Source of the DNA: an uncultured Methanosarcinaceae archaeon
GTDB lineage: Archaea; Halobacteriota; Methanosarcinia; Methanosarcinales; Methanosarcinaceae
Direction: 5' to 3'
Length of the DNA: 64,000 bases
Assembly: GCA_963847185.1 (NCBI GenBank)
Contig: CAWJYV010000001.1
Coordinates: forward strand, 96,001-160,000
This document shows positions 22,224-33,838 of the stretch, piece after piece. The position numbers and the translations under genes are program-made. The notes beneath the pieces were generated by a model. The model had not been told where the DNA came from and did no database searches. It worked only from the letters and a program-made list of their open reading frames with translations. The first letter of the stretch is position 1, and the number at the start of each line of letters is the position of its first letter.

Positions 22224-23334
22224 ATGCTCGCACTCAATCCTCATTCAAACAGCCCAGAAAGGCAGATTGTTCTCCATGTAGACATGGATTCGTTTTTTTG
22301 CATCAGTTGAAGTCAGAGAACATCCTGAACTTAAAGGTCTACCTGTTGTAGTGGGCTCAGACCCGAAGGAAGGGAAAGGTAGAGGAGTGGTTAGCACTTG
22401 TTCATATGAAGCAAGGAAATACGGGATACACTCGGCAATGCCAGTTTCGCAGGCTTATAAACTTTGTCCAGATGCTGCCTTTGTGCCTGTGAACATGAAA
22501 CTCTATGCACAGGTTTCAGCGAACTGTAATGGAAATAATAAAGGGTTTTGCTGAAAAATTCCAGCAATATAGTGTGGACGAAGCCTTTCTAGTGCCAGGA
22601 CCTGAGATAAAGAATTTTGAAGAAGCTGCCATTATTGCACTGAGGATAAAGGATGAGATCCAGAAACAAGAAAGAATAACCTGTTCTGTAGGAGTGGAAC
22701 CGAATAAGCTTGTTGCAAAGGTAGCTTCAAAGTTTGAGAAACCTGATGGTCTCACAGTTATTAGACCTGACAGATGTCAAGATTTTCTATTTCCCTTAAA
22801 TGTTTCAAAGATTCCGGGTATTGGTGAAAAAACAACAGAGGCCCTTAAATTGATGGGAATAACTCAAGTTGAAGAGCTTGCTAATTGCGATATCCAGAGG
22901 CTTTCTGAAAGGTTCGGGAAAATGGGGCTCTGGATGAAGCAGGTGGCATATGGTCTGGATTTCAGTGAAGTAAAGGAATGGGAAGAAGCTGTAAAGTCAA
23001 TAAGCAGGAGTGGAACGTTTGATGAAGATACAAACGATCCTGTAAAAATTGCAGGCTTTCTGGAATTGCTTGCTGAGAGCGTACATAGAGCTCTCATAAG
23101 AGATGGATTTCTTTTCAAAGTCGTAACCCTTAAAGGTCCGCTTCGAAGACTTTTCCACATATACACGCTCAAAGACTGTTTCTGTCTGGACTTCTGATAT
23201 TTTCGTGATTAAAAGGGTCGCCATGCAACTGCTTTCTGAGTTTATTGGAAAACAAAAAATTAGACTAGTAGGTGTAGGAGTTTCAAGACTTAGGGAAAGA
23301 GACGAGAGACAGACGCTTGATTACGGATTTTTAA
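22224..23334 (+). pseudogene. dinB: DNA polymerase IV (Y-family), multiple frameshifts
   Basis: LHVDMDSFF at start, [31 protein letters not shown]...KPDG, IPGIG, IRLVGVG; ~4 frameshifts. Confidence 0.88.
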
Positions 23335-23400
23335 AGTATTTTTCGAGATTATTCAAGTCCAGCATGCTCTGGATGGATATTTAGCAGGGTAAGTAAATTT

Positions 23401-25656
23401 CGGTACTTCATTTGTATTTAGTTGATATTATATAGTAGGAAAAATATCATATTCTCCTAATGGGAAAAAGAGGAGCAAAGCCAAAGTTCACTGACGTTTC
23501 TTGTCCTAATCCGGATTGTAAACTTTATGGTGTTACTGGAAAAGAAAACATCATAGGCAATGGTACCTATCAAATCAAGAATAAGCGAGTTCGAAAATAT
23601 ATCTGCCGCAAATGCGGCAGAGTATTCAATGATCGAACAGGTACTTTTTTTGAGAATGTTCGCAAAGACGAATCTGACATTAAACTAGCCCTTAAAATGG
23701 CTATTAAAGGAATGTCAATACAAGCTATTTCTTATGTATTGGAAGTTCAACCTGCCACAGTAAGTAACTGGTTGTTTCGCGCAGCGAAACAATGTGAGAA
23801 GGTAAATGAAGACTTGATGAAGGATCTTAATATTTCCAAAGTTGAGATGGATGAACTATGGGTAATAATTGAAAAAAAGTTGCTCCAAGAACAGAAGTTG
23901 AAGATGATGGAGCATGGATGTGGGTGAGCTTTGCACCTGAGTCCAGATTAATAATTGATTTTGTACTGGGACCAAGAAAACAGTATGTGGCAGACGAATT
24001 TGTAAATATTACAGATAAACATCTTTCAACTTTAAAACCTCTTTTTGTTACAGATGGATTCTATGCTGAAGCTCTTTTGAAAAAATATGGTGATTTGGTA
24101 GAGTTTTCTAAAAATGGGAAGAGAGGAAGACCCAGAAAACTAGCAATAGTACCTAATGAAAATCTGAAATATGCTCAGGTTATCAAAAACAAACTGGGAA
24201 AGAAGCTTCAGAAAATTGAAAAAAGAGTAATCTTTGGTCAAAATATAGATCAAAGTGAAATTTCAACAAGTTTGCTTGAAAGACAAAATCTAACATTTAG
24301 ACAGGATAACAATAGAGTTTCAAGGAAGACAATAGGGTTTTCAAAGAAAATTGAGGGATTGTACAACCAAATGAGACTTTATTGCACTCATTTTAACTTT
24401 TGTAGAGACCATAGAGGATTAAAAAAGAAAAAGAAAATGGAGTTTTGGGAAAGAAAACACCAGCAGAAAAATATGGGATTACTAAAAATATAGTTCCTGA
24501 CTCAACAAATTACACTTTTTATTTGTGGATTGAATGTTTCCATCCATTTCTTTGCAAATGATAATGAGTTTTTCACTTTCATAAATTCATTTTTGATAAT
24601 CTTTTTTAAATGTTCTTTTGATTGAATAAATCTAACAGATACTTCTCTCTTAATCGTTTTCCATACAAATTCTACAGGATTTAGATCTGGTGAATAAGGA
24701 GGAAGAAACACAAGTGTTATATTTAATTCTCTTGCTTTCCTTACCGTTTTATCAGCATGATGTGACCTCGAATTATCCAGAACAAGAATTATTCTTTTCC
24801 CTAAATTCTGTTCCACAATTTTCTCAAGGAATTCACATACATTTTCTGCTTTTGAACTTTCCATAAAATCGATGAGATTTCTACCATTAATCGAATAGAA
24901 TGCAAACGCATTTGCTTTTATATAATCTGTATTTTTTGTTATCAAAGGCTTTTTAAATGACCATAATCGTTGCGTATTTGCTTTTGTTTGTGGTGAGGAT
25001 TCATCCAAAAAACCTATAAGATATTGATCATCTGGACCAATATATGCTGGAATTGCTTCTATTAACTTTTTTTAAAATTTCCTCAGCATTTTTAGGTCTT
25101 CTGTAGTCAAGAGTATATGGTTTTGAATGATACATGTTAAAACTATGCAGTATAACTCCTACTTGTTTCTGTGAATACTCTACCCCATATTTTTCCTTTA
25201 TTAACTCCAAAGCTTCTCTTGTAGTCCAATGATCTTTTTTTTCCAGCAAGATTCTTAACTCTTTTATTTGATCATCGGTAAGCTTGGATTTTCTCCCCCC
25301 ACCAAAATTTGGTATTAAGGCGGCATAGCCGCCTTTATTCCAGGCATCTTGCCAGTAATATCCTGTTTTCTTAGTAACTCCAACTTTAGTAGCGGCTTCT
25401 TCTACTGAATCCCCTAAAAATCTAAATTTTACAAAATAGAGCCTTTTAAGCACTCTTGAATTGGTTTCATGTTTGATTAAAACGTTGATTTCATCAAGAA
25501 CTAATTTTTGATCAATTGGAATGCGTTCTTTCCCCACCATATAAGTAGATAGGTGTTAATACGTGTAATAAGTTACGTTGAAGATTATAAATGGACATTA
25601 ACAGATTTGTTAAATTATAGGAATAGAAAAATATCAACTAATTAATGAGGCAGCGT
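23401..25656 (+). mobile_element. IS1-family element interrupted by IS630
   Basis: ORFs 23460-23927 (Zn-finger CPNPDC..CRKC, HTH, EMDELW) and 23918-24493 joined at A7 slippery site ~23872; C-terminus KWTLTDLL resumes at 25590; imperfect TIRs sharing TTAGTTGATATT. Confidence 0.82.
24491..25587 (-). mobile_element. IS630-family element inserted at a duplicated TA
   Basis: HTH ORF 25028-25540 plus DDE ORF 24502-25008 (DES, LDNSRSH, LPPYSPDLNPVEFVWK) with A-run frameshift; TA at 24489-90 and 25588-89. Confidence 0.88.
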
Positions 25657-25659
25657 CAA

Positions 25660-26000
25660 TATTTTTGAATGATTTTATTGACGTTGAGTCTTCTCTCGTC
25701 TTTTTCCAACGATATTCTGTTGGGTTCCTATCTGGAGTAGCTGGAGGGAAAAATAGTATTTGCAACCAATGCTTATTATTTTGATAAAATTCCTTTGCCT
25801 TTGTCGATCTATTCCATGTAGCTCTGTCCGTAGAAGAAATATCTTTATCCCTATATCTCTCTTAAAATCGAGTACTGATTTTAAGTAAGATTCTGTATTC
25901 TGTTTAACTCCTAAATCATACCAATAATTTGGAATAATCGATTGAGTTTCTGATCATGTAAAATAGTTCTGAAACTCTCATTGATTGGGAAATAAAATTG
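25660..26000 (-). pseudogene. Degenerate IS630-type transposase remnant
   Basis: Broken frames give DRATWNRSTKAKEF and FPPATPDRNPTEYRWKK, the IS630 DDE tail motif. Confidence 0.55.
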
Positions 26001-26486
26001 GTTTTGGGACGAGCTCTTCTTTTACTTTATTCCAAGCTTTACCACTCCAAAATCAAGCCCATAAAACTCTCTACTATCCTCTTAGCCAAGCTTTTCTTCA
26101 AATCTGGATTAATTTTTATTCACTCATACACAAAAGTTCGTCACCGATCATGTACGTGTTGACTGGATAGTTTATACTACATTTATTTTTTATACTGTTC
26201 TTATGGAAGGGATGGAAGGGATTTGAATTAAACTTAACATATAAGGTAAGAAAAAAATATTTTTTAATTTTTTTGTATTATACGTATAATTATTGCTTCA
26301 AATCTCTTCCATTACCCCCATAAATTTCGGGACAAGTGAAACAATAAGCCAATAACATCTTTTGCGCTACTCCGGATACAAGTACTTCACCATTATCCCG
26401 AAAACCTGTTACTGATCATGTATGTAACGTGCAGATGGCTTATTGTAGCTTTATAACATTCCAGTGTGAATTTTCGAATAATTTTG

Positions 26487-27016
26487 TTATACAAAGCCAA
26501 ATAAGATAACTAGCGTCCAAATAGTCGATGGTAAGAAAAAGCTTAGAAATACTGCTATCATGGATTTTCTCATACTTACATTATGCACGATCATACCACC
26601 TACAGTAAGAAGATACATCTCGTAAATTACAGCGACTGAGACAACATAAGGAACTGTTAAAAATACCAGTGCAGCACTTGCATATGACGCAAATCTTACG
26701 GTGCCTTCATAACTTCCAGTTCCTCCAAGCGCCCTATAAAGGAGGTTAGCGATTAGAGATAGGATAAGAAAAGAGACGAATACTAAAAGAAGTCCTACTC
26801 CCAAAATCAAAGAAATAGCCTTTAAGTCAGAAAAGCTGAATTTAGAATCGTCCATTGTTAACATGCTGAAGGAGACGAACATAGATAAAAGCCAGGATAT
26901 GATATAGCTGATTGCTGCAAAAGTTAGTGGATCAGAATATCCTCAGTCGTTGGCATTTTCATGAAAAATTCAGCTGGTTTCAGCATACCCTCTTTCCAAG
27001 TTTTGATGTAGTCCAT
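26487..27016 (-). pseudogene. YIP1-family membrane protein, frameshifted near 5' end
   Basis: MDYIKTWKEGMLKPAEFF.KMP then GYSDPLTFAAIS in another frame; LGGTGSYEGTVRFASYASA. Confidence 0.75.
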
Positions 27017-27327
27017 CTTTATTAGAAATTGAGTTGATACTAATTAAATTTATGGAGGCAGTTCTTGGATTGAATCATGATGCAGAGTAGGGACTTTATG
27101 GCCCTAAAGCTTCTACTTATTCCTTGTTTTGAATGAAATTTAATGCTTACATCGGTCTTTGTGAGTATTTCAAGCAACCTTCATAGTCACTTTGTATGTT
27201 TTCTGGATATAAATCACTCCACTATTATCCCGAGAACCTGTTACAAGCAATGTTACGTATCGTATGAAGGGCTTACAACCATACTACCTTAATACGGAAA
27301 ATAAAATTGCGTAAAATCTTTTGTTAT

Positions 27328-27528
27328 TTACATGAGACCTATTCTAAGATAGCTCAATATGATAATTAAAAGTGCTCTGAATACACCTCCAATTGCTGCA
27401 GCTAAGACTAGAGCTCCAAAAATAGTATTCATAGCAAGCTGAGTACCGTTTTTAAAAATTACATATAATACAACGGCTATTATAATTGCCAGAAATAGCG
27501 TTGAGATTTCTATAACTGCAAATACCAT
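27328..27528 (-). CDS. Small membrane protein, BofA (pro-sigmaK inhibitor)-like
   Basis: Hydrophobic; LAMNTIFG...AIGGV...LLIIILSYL pattern, possibly internally deleted. Confidence 0.55.
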   Translation of the reverse strand: MVFAVIEISTLFLAIIIAVVLYVIFKNGTQLAMNTIFGALVLAAAIGGVFRALLIIILSYLRIGLM

Positions 27529-28308
27529 ATCTCTACTTAGAGATTCAATTCATTTATAACTATCATTGTTCGTGAAATGCCCTTAACAGCCTTCGCTAAT
27601 TATTTTGTATATTCCTTGGATATAATTTATTCACTCATACACAAAAGCTTGTTACCGATCATGTACGTATTGTAAGGATATCTTACAACTATCCTACCTT
27701 TATACAGGATAAGCAAAGATGGATATCAAATTTTTAAAAACCTTTTTTCTCTTTTTTTGTCCCAATTAACGGTAAATAGACACATAAGGAATGAAATAAA
27801 TATAATTTATAATAGGACGAAAAATAGTTTCAGGCAAAAAAGTGTGTACGGGCTTGACACTAAACCATCAACAATAAAAATAATTGACGAAAGTCGTGGT
27901 CAACTTATTGTTGAAAAGTATAGTAAGGTGGTTTAAATGGTCAAGCAAATTTCAAAAGAAGAAGTACTAAAAGAAATTTATGAATAAATGGTTAAACTCG
28001 AATCGAAAATTGCAAAATGGAATCCTAAGACTGACAGTTTGCAATTGATTGGAGAATGGATGGAGAGGGAAGAGGAATTAATTTGCTATCAATTCGAAGA
28101 AGTTGAAGCTATTAGTAGGTGTAAAGGGATGGAACCTATATCCCGATCTCTTTTTTTGCGTATGCTAGGCTTTTGTGTCTCTTTTATTGATCTTTATCTA
28201 TAGAAAAAATCCGTAATCAAAGTTGCCTATCAAAGGGCTATTTTTGAGCCTTGACTCCACTAATTATTTTGAAAATGCTTTTATTGATAGGTTTTGTATA
28301 CATAGCTC

Positions 28309-28986
28309 ATGGATATTGAACATTATTTTCTTCCAGGCGACGGATGCAAAGTTCCAGCGATTCTCATTAAGCCTGTAAAGCCAATGGGTGCAGCTGTCAT
28401 TGTGCATGGATATGGGGGGAATAAAGAAGAACAGCTGGGACTTGGATTGCGAGTGGCAGAGGCAGGTCTTATAGCTTGCGTAATAGACCTTCGCGGCCAC
28501 GGGGAGCACTCTCTCCTGTTGGACAGGGATATCGGTGCAGATTTGGATGCAGCAATACGTTTCTGTCGCTTGTTTGGGAAGGTTGTAGCAATAGGTCATT
28601 CTTTTGGTGGTCATTTGGCTCTATTAAGCAATGCAGATTATCGTATCGCAATCTCGCCATCTATTAAAAGGCCACTAAGTGAACTTACGCAAAAGGCGCT
28701 CAAAAAAAGGTGTAGTTACCGTGTGCGGCCTTCGGACTTTGAAGTTGTACGTATAATACATGAGGGACTTCCAACCTGGGATCCTACAAACGACAATGGA
28801 AATACACTGATCCTCTTTGCAGAGTGGGATCTCCCTGAAATATCATCAGGCTGCAATGAACTAAAAAATGGAGGGGCGCACGTAGTTCAAGTACCAAAGT
28901 CAACACATAATAATATCTTTCTTGTGGAACAGACATTTGAGGATGTCCGGAACTATATTCTGGAACGGTATGGTAATGGGAACTGA
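28309..28986 (+). CDS. Alpha/beta hydrolase
   Basis: VHGYGG, DLRGHGE, GHSFGG nucleophile elbow, C-terminal His. Confidence 0.88.
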   Translation: MDIEHYFLPGDGCKVPAILIKPVKPMGAAVIVHGYGGNKEEQLGLGLRVAEAGLIACVIDLRGHGEHSLLLDRDIGADLDAAIRFCRLFGKVVAIGHSFGGHLALLSNADYRIAISPSIKRPLSELTQKALKKRCSYRVRPSDFEVVRIIHEGLPTWDPTNDNGNTLILFAEWDLPEISSGCNELKNGGAHVVQVPKSTHNNIFLVEQTFEDVRNYILERYGNGN

Positions 28987-29296
28987 CCATTATACTGGAG
29001 ATATTTGTAGGTAATCCAGTTAATACCCCCAACCCAAGCCATACATTCTCAACCTCACATCCAAACATTGTTTAAAAGCCAACTAACAAAATCCTCATTT
29101 TCTTTATTTGTAGGCAAATTCTTCATTTATCCCTAAAAAAGCGAAAGGTCAAAACTAATTAAGGCATATACCATCTGAGTAACGAAGAGGATATACCCTA
29201 CCGCAGCATGAGAAAACCTTTCACGCCTGGTGTTCAAATTCCCATTCTTATCCCAGGCAGTAGCCTTGCACTTTAATTATTAAGTATGTACTTTTA

Positions 29297-29487
29297 GGAT
29301 AGACTTACCGCGCCAGCCTTCCATATTATCCCAGAGGCCTGATCCGTACGCACTCGTTTTAATCGATTTGTGGAACCTTCCGGGATATATTTTGGTCCAT
29401 TTAGCTACGGGCGATAGCCTTGGCCATTGTACATGGATTAGGTATATTTTAGGTATGTGGAGTATATGTCTTCAAGGATAGACATGC
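29297..29487. repeat. Dispersed intergenic repeat copy (~179 bp period)
   Basis: GGATAGAC at 29297 and 29476; GGGATATATTTTGGTCCATTTAGCTACGGGCGATAGCCTTGGCCATTGTAC at 29382. Confidence 0.85.
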
Positions 29488-29609
29488 AAAAATAGCTGCG
29501 CCAAGAAGAGCAAACGATATCTTTATCCCTCTAAAATTATAATATTTCTTTTAGTTTACTATTGATAAAGGACTAAAATTTCGTAGTAAAGGAAAAGGGA
29601 TTATGGTAT

Positions 29610-29790
29610 ATCTGACCTTAAAGGACCTGACCTTGAAAAGGTTAACCTTAGAAGCTAACCTTAAAGGAGCTCATCATTTATCACTTGACCAGCTTTCGAA
29701 AGTGAAAATACTTATGATATAAAATTAGACGAAGAGCTCTTCATACCACTAAAAAGAAATACCTAGCCCTTTTTGAAGTACCTGAGTGCG
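29610..29790 (+). pseudogene. Degenerate inverted copy of the pentapeptide-repeat gene 3' end
   Basis: AAAGGAGCTCATCATTTATCACTTGACCAGCTTTC matches the reverse complement of 30886-30920. Confidence 0.65.
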
Positions 29791-30008
29791 ATGGATGACC
29801 GAATATTATCAAAAAATTCCAGTGTAGCATAGATTTCAGCCGTTCCCGATGATGGGGAAGAAATCACGATTTTCCATGAAAAACTTGGGTATCCTTATGA
29901 AAACTTTCCATATTTCATACATGTGTCAATGGCTCATGAGGGTTTGAAGCGGCTATATTTTTCTGAAAGAATAAAATAAAATTAAAATTGAAGTGACACA
30001 ATTATTCA

Positions 30009-30398
30009 TTAATCAAAATATTTTTCGAAACTTTCACACATATTAAGCACGTCGCTCATGCATTCATCAGATAGTTTTTTATACCTTTCCACATCGGCTG
30101 TATGTATAGGTTCACCTGCCAATGTTTTCATCTTAGCGACTATAGATAAAAGATCATCAGTTACCCGTTTAGGCAATATATCACGAACCTCAACAGCGAC
30201 CTCTATAAAAATTCTAGCATGCCTTCTGAACATTTCCTCAAAAACACTGTACCCATCATACTCACCACGAGTCTTCCAATCGAAGTAAAATTTCAAAAGA
30301 GCTTTTTTTACCACAGATTTCGCAATTCTAAACTGCTCTTCTTTGTCATTTCGAGCATCTAGCAACCGATCAATCTCAGAATATACAATACCCCACAT
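30009..30398 (-). CDS. Hypothetical protein
   Basis: 129-aa helical-looking ORF with normal composition. Confidence 0.6.
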   Translation of the reverse strand: MWGIVYSEIDRLLDARNDKEEQFRIAKSVVKKALLKFYFDWKTRGEYDGYSVFEEMFRRHARIFIEVAVEVRDILPKRVTDDLLSIVAKMKTLAGEPIHTADVERYKKLSDECMSDVLNMCESFEKYFD

Positions 30399-30789
30399 AA
30401 CAATGGCTATAGCACTAATTCATTAAATACTTGCATGATGCGTTAAATACTTTTAATTAAGTAGATGATTTGTAACAGATGGTGTAACCAATGTCTTTTT
30501 ATTTATTCAGCAGATAATTAGAACTATCGAAGCTATACACTTTGACTTTCATAAAGGCTTCAAAAATTTTACATCCTTGAACTTTTCTGCTTGAGATTAA
30601 GAAGAAATGAATAACCTGAAGGTTTTTTACTTGGTGATGGTAAAATCTAGAAGCTAAACAAGAACATTACAACCAAATGGGCTTATATTCAAACCTTGAT
30701 TTTTGATCTAGAGGATAGCAGGATAAACATTAAGCTGCTTCCAGAGAATAAAGGAAATAAAAAGCAACAATGAAAATTTGTAATGTTCG

Positions 30790-31146
30790 TTATTCATCAG
30801 ATTTTTCAAAAAGAGCAGGATACTTCTTTTTTAATGGCGTATATAGCTCTTCGTCTAATTTTGTATCATGAAGTGTTTTCACTTTTGAAAGCTGGTCAAG
30901 TGATAAATGATGAGCTCCTTTAAGATCAGCCCTTTCAAGATTAGCCCCTTCAAGATTAGTCTCTTCAAGATTAGTCTCTTCAAGATTAGTCTCTTCAAGA
31001 TTAGCTCCTTGAAAATTAGCCTCTATAAGGTATGCCCCTTCAAGGTTAGCTTCTATAAGGTCAGCTCCCTGAAGGTTAGCTCCTTGAAGTTCTTTTCTCT
31101 CTGGAATAGCCATATACAATTGTTGTCTTTGAACTAAAAAAAGCAT
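30790..31146 (-). CDS. Pentapeptide-repeat protein (probably a C-terminal fragment)
   Basis: GANLQ GADLI EANLE ... ETNLE x3; 15-bp DNA repeats. Confidence 0.8.
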   Translation of the reverse strand: MLFLVQRQQLYMAIPERKELQGANLQGADLIEANLEGAYLIEANFQGANLEETNLEETNLEETNLEGANLERADLKGAHHLSLDQLSKVKTLHDTKLDEELYTPLKKKYPALFEKSDE

Positions 31147-31662
31147 TACTCTACTAGGAAGATATCTTCTGCTGTTAAGGATTTATTTTTAAAAATTGCA
31201 TATATATTCTGGATCTATAAAGCCTGCAGAAAAGGACAGCAACTTTTATCCCTATAGATTGCTGTTTCTCCAGTTTTAGGCTTATTTCCTATAATTGGTA
31301 CCACTTTTGAAGAAAAACTCTTCTGACCTAGGAGAATAGCAGGTTAAAAATCAAGCTGTTATTCTCATGGATCAAATAATTAATATAGACAGCTTGCTTT
31401 TTGGTCCTTCATTTAGCTTTTATATCTGGGCATCCTCGTGTGCATCTGGCTCTTTGACCGTCAAGGCTTTCTTGTCTCTTTCACACCTTACCCAGGGCCT
31501 CTGTACTCAATTAAAAACAGCTACCTTACCTCTTCTTCCGAAAATAGCGCAGGCAGCTCGACAACGCCATCTACACACCATCCTCACACCTAAAAATCCA
31601 TAAAAAAGCCAACCAACAACATTATCAACTAATTATTTAAGTAACCACTTTCAATCCATCTT

Positions 31663-31753
31663 TTTTCAGTCAAACAATCGAATCAGGTTAGTGCATAAAA
31701 GCCGGATCTTTAACATAACCTTTGAAGCATACAAGGTTATTACAGATAGTATT
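31663..31753. ncRNA. Candidate structured element with GCATA-loop hairpins, copy 2
   Basis: Near-identical to 8533-8625. Confidence 0.45.
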
Positions 31754-31824
31754 TCAAAGCCTTTTAAAAAATTATTTCATAAAAGATAATCAAAGCTGCG
31801 CTGATGCATCCTGCTGCAAGCAAT

Positions 31825-32095
31825 GGAGTATATTCGCGCCATCCTTTCACATATCCCAAAAGCCCTGGTTCATAAGTGCTCGTTTTAATTGCTTTGTTGA
31901 GCCGTTAGGATATATTGGTCCATTTGGCTATGAGCTATAGCCCTAGACATTGTACGTAGTTTCGAGGTACGTGTGGGTGTTTAGGTATGTAGCTACAAAA
32001 AGAAGCTATGCTTGTTCAACCTCAATCTCATATTTCGGTCAGTTTTAACAGTACGTGGCTTCTGTGACATATTAAGTTTGGTGAACAAGTTCTAG
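31825..32095. repeat. Dispersed intergenic repeat copy downstream of PAS kinase 2
   Basis: GGATATATTGGTCCATTTGGCTATGAGCTATAGCCCTAGACATTGTACGT at 31908; second GTACGTGGCTTCT at 32051. Confidence 0.82.
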
Positions 32096-32101
32096 CATTG
32101 T

Positions 32102-33838
32102 TCAATTGATTGCAGGATTTGATGCTTGATTATCTTTTTCTGTTACTGTGAATTTTATAGTAAATTCCGTCCCCTTGTTTATTTTCAGTTCAAGTTCACC
32201 ATCTAACTGGTCTACAAGGGAAGTTACTAGTTGAAGCCCAAGACTACCAATCTCTTCAATATCAAGGTTTTTAGGAATGCCTACACCATTGTCTGAAACG
32301 GTCAGAGTAAAACTGGTACTTTTAGGGCCTTCCTTTTCGTATTCTTCGTTTTCGTCTCTCTGGAGTTCAATTCGAATTTCACCTTCATTTTTGCCGGGAA
32401 ATGCATACTTGAGGGAATTTGAAACTAGCTCATTAATAATAATGCCTAATGGAACTGCATAATCCATATCAAAGAAAATATTTTCTTCCAGATCCAGATT
32501 TAAGCTGATGTTTGAATTTCTGAGCCTATATGTCTGGAAGAGATTTTCAGCTAGTTCCTCAATATACAGAGAAAAGTTAAGTGTGTCGAGACCTTCACTT
32601 TTGTGTAGTTCCTCATGGATAAGAGCCATGGATATTACTCTGTCCTGGCTTTCCCTAAAAGCTTCCATAACTTCTGAATTCATTATGAATTCTCTGTTAC
32701 CGAATTTTTCCGCCCGAAGATCAAGAAGTGACGAGATAACCTGAAGGTTATTTTTAATGCGATGGTGAATTTCCCTTTTGCGGGCAGCTACGATATTTAA
32801 AAATGCTTTCTCAGCTTCTTTTTTTTCTGTAATATCCTGAACTATCCCCTTTATTTGGACAGGGATACTATTTTTGTCAAAGATAATCTGGGATTTCATA
32901 TGGACAGTACGTTCTTCCCCATTGGCCCGACTTATTCTATAATCAATGCTATAGGGCTTTCCATTCATAGCTCTATTAGCAGCATTATTGACATAATCCC
33001 TATCGTCTGGGTGTATATAACTTAAAAACTCTTGATAAGTTGGGTACGGTTCGTGAGGACCACGTCCGAAAATACGATATAGTTCATCAGACCAGTATGA
33101 TTTATCAGTTGCAATAGTCCACTCCCAGTGGCCAATGTGAGCCATTTCTTGAGCTTCAGCAAGACGTTTTTCACTTTCTTTCAATGAGTGATAAGCCTTC
33201 TCAAGCTCTGCTGTACGCTCTTTTACTTTCTCTTCTAGATTTTGATGTGCTTTTTTAAGGGCTTCCTCGGCTTTTTTTTGCTTGGTAATATCATGGTAAG
33301 TGCAGATTATCCTGTATATGTGGCCTTCTTCATTCAGGATCGGTTCGGCGCTTATCAGCATCCAAGTAAGTTCTTTCTTCCTAGGATTTCGCACAGCGAC
33401 GAGCTGGTCTTTCACAGGCTTACCAGTCATTACGGCTTTCCTAACTGGATGATTGTCGATACGAAGCAGTTTACCATCCTCTCCATAGACTTCCCATTGG
33501 CTCCAGTCCTGACTATTAACATTTAGAATATCGAGTTCGTTATCTAGGCCGAACATCTGCATTAATGTTGGGTTGACCACTGCGAACATGCCGATCTCAT
33601 CGATAAGTGCAACTCCGGATTTCACGTTCTGGAGTAGCACCCGGAACTGGTCTTCGCTATAGCGAAGGGTTTCTAGATCTTTCTTACGCTCTTCCTCAGC
33701 CCTTTTGCATTCAGTGATATCCCTGTTTAGTGCTACTATCTGGACACACAAATCTCCATTAGCCTTTTCCAATTCACCTATCCTTTTTCGCAATTGGATC
33801 TCTATTTCATCCTTATCCGAAGAGTTAAAAAAAGTCAT
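32102..33838 (-). CDS. PAS-domain sensor histidine kinase (HisKA_2)
   Basis: Two PAS domains, EIHHRIKNNLQ, ELVSNSLKYAF, DNGVG, SLGLQLV. Confidence 0.93.
   Translation of the reverse strand: MTFFNSSDKDEIEIQLRKRIGELEKANGDLCVQIVALNRDITECKRAEEERKKDLETLRYSEDQFRVLLQNVKSGVALIDEIGMFAVVNPTLMQMFGLDNELDILNVNSQDWSQWEVYGEDGKLLRIDNHPVRKAVMTGKPVKDQLVAVRNPRKKELTWMLISAEPILNEEGHIYRIICTYHDITKQKKAEEALKKAHQNLEEKVKERTAELEKAYHSLKESEKRLAEAQEMAHIGHWEWTIATDKSYWSDELYRIFGRGPHEPYPTYQEFLSYIHPDDRDYVNNAANRAMNGKPYSIDYRISRANGEERTVHMKSQIIFDKNSIPVQIKGIVQDITEKKEAEKAFLNIVAARKREIHHRIKNNLQVISSLLDLRAEKFGNREFIMNSEVMEAFRESQDRVISMALIHEELHKSEGLDTLNFSLYIEELAENLFQTYRLRNSNISLNLDLEENIFFDMDYAVPLGIIINELVSNSLKYAFPGKNEGEIRIELQRDENEEYEKEGPKSTSFTLTVSDNGVGIPKNLDIEEIGSLGLQLVTSLVDQLDGELELKINKGTEFTIKFTVTEKDNQASNPAIN

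Larger units (their letters stand above)
26104..27712. repeat. Four co-oriented related repeats (~26105, ~26374, ~27205, ~27618) interleaved with small genes
   Basis: GGATA..ATTCACTCATACACAAAAG..GT.ACCGATCATGTACGT twice; GGATA..ATTATCCCGA.AACCTGTTAC twice. Confidence 0.7.

Noticed and set aside
27937-28203. Small ORFs split by an in-frame TAA
   Set aside because: No recognisable family; cannot be supported as a gene
29225-29245. tRNA 3'-like fragment (GGTGTTCAAATTCCC) as an att site
   Set aside because: Too short, no proper T stem and no matching partner
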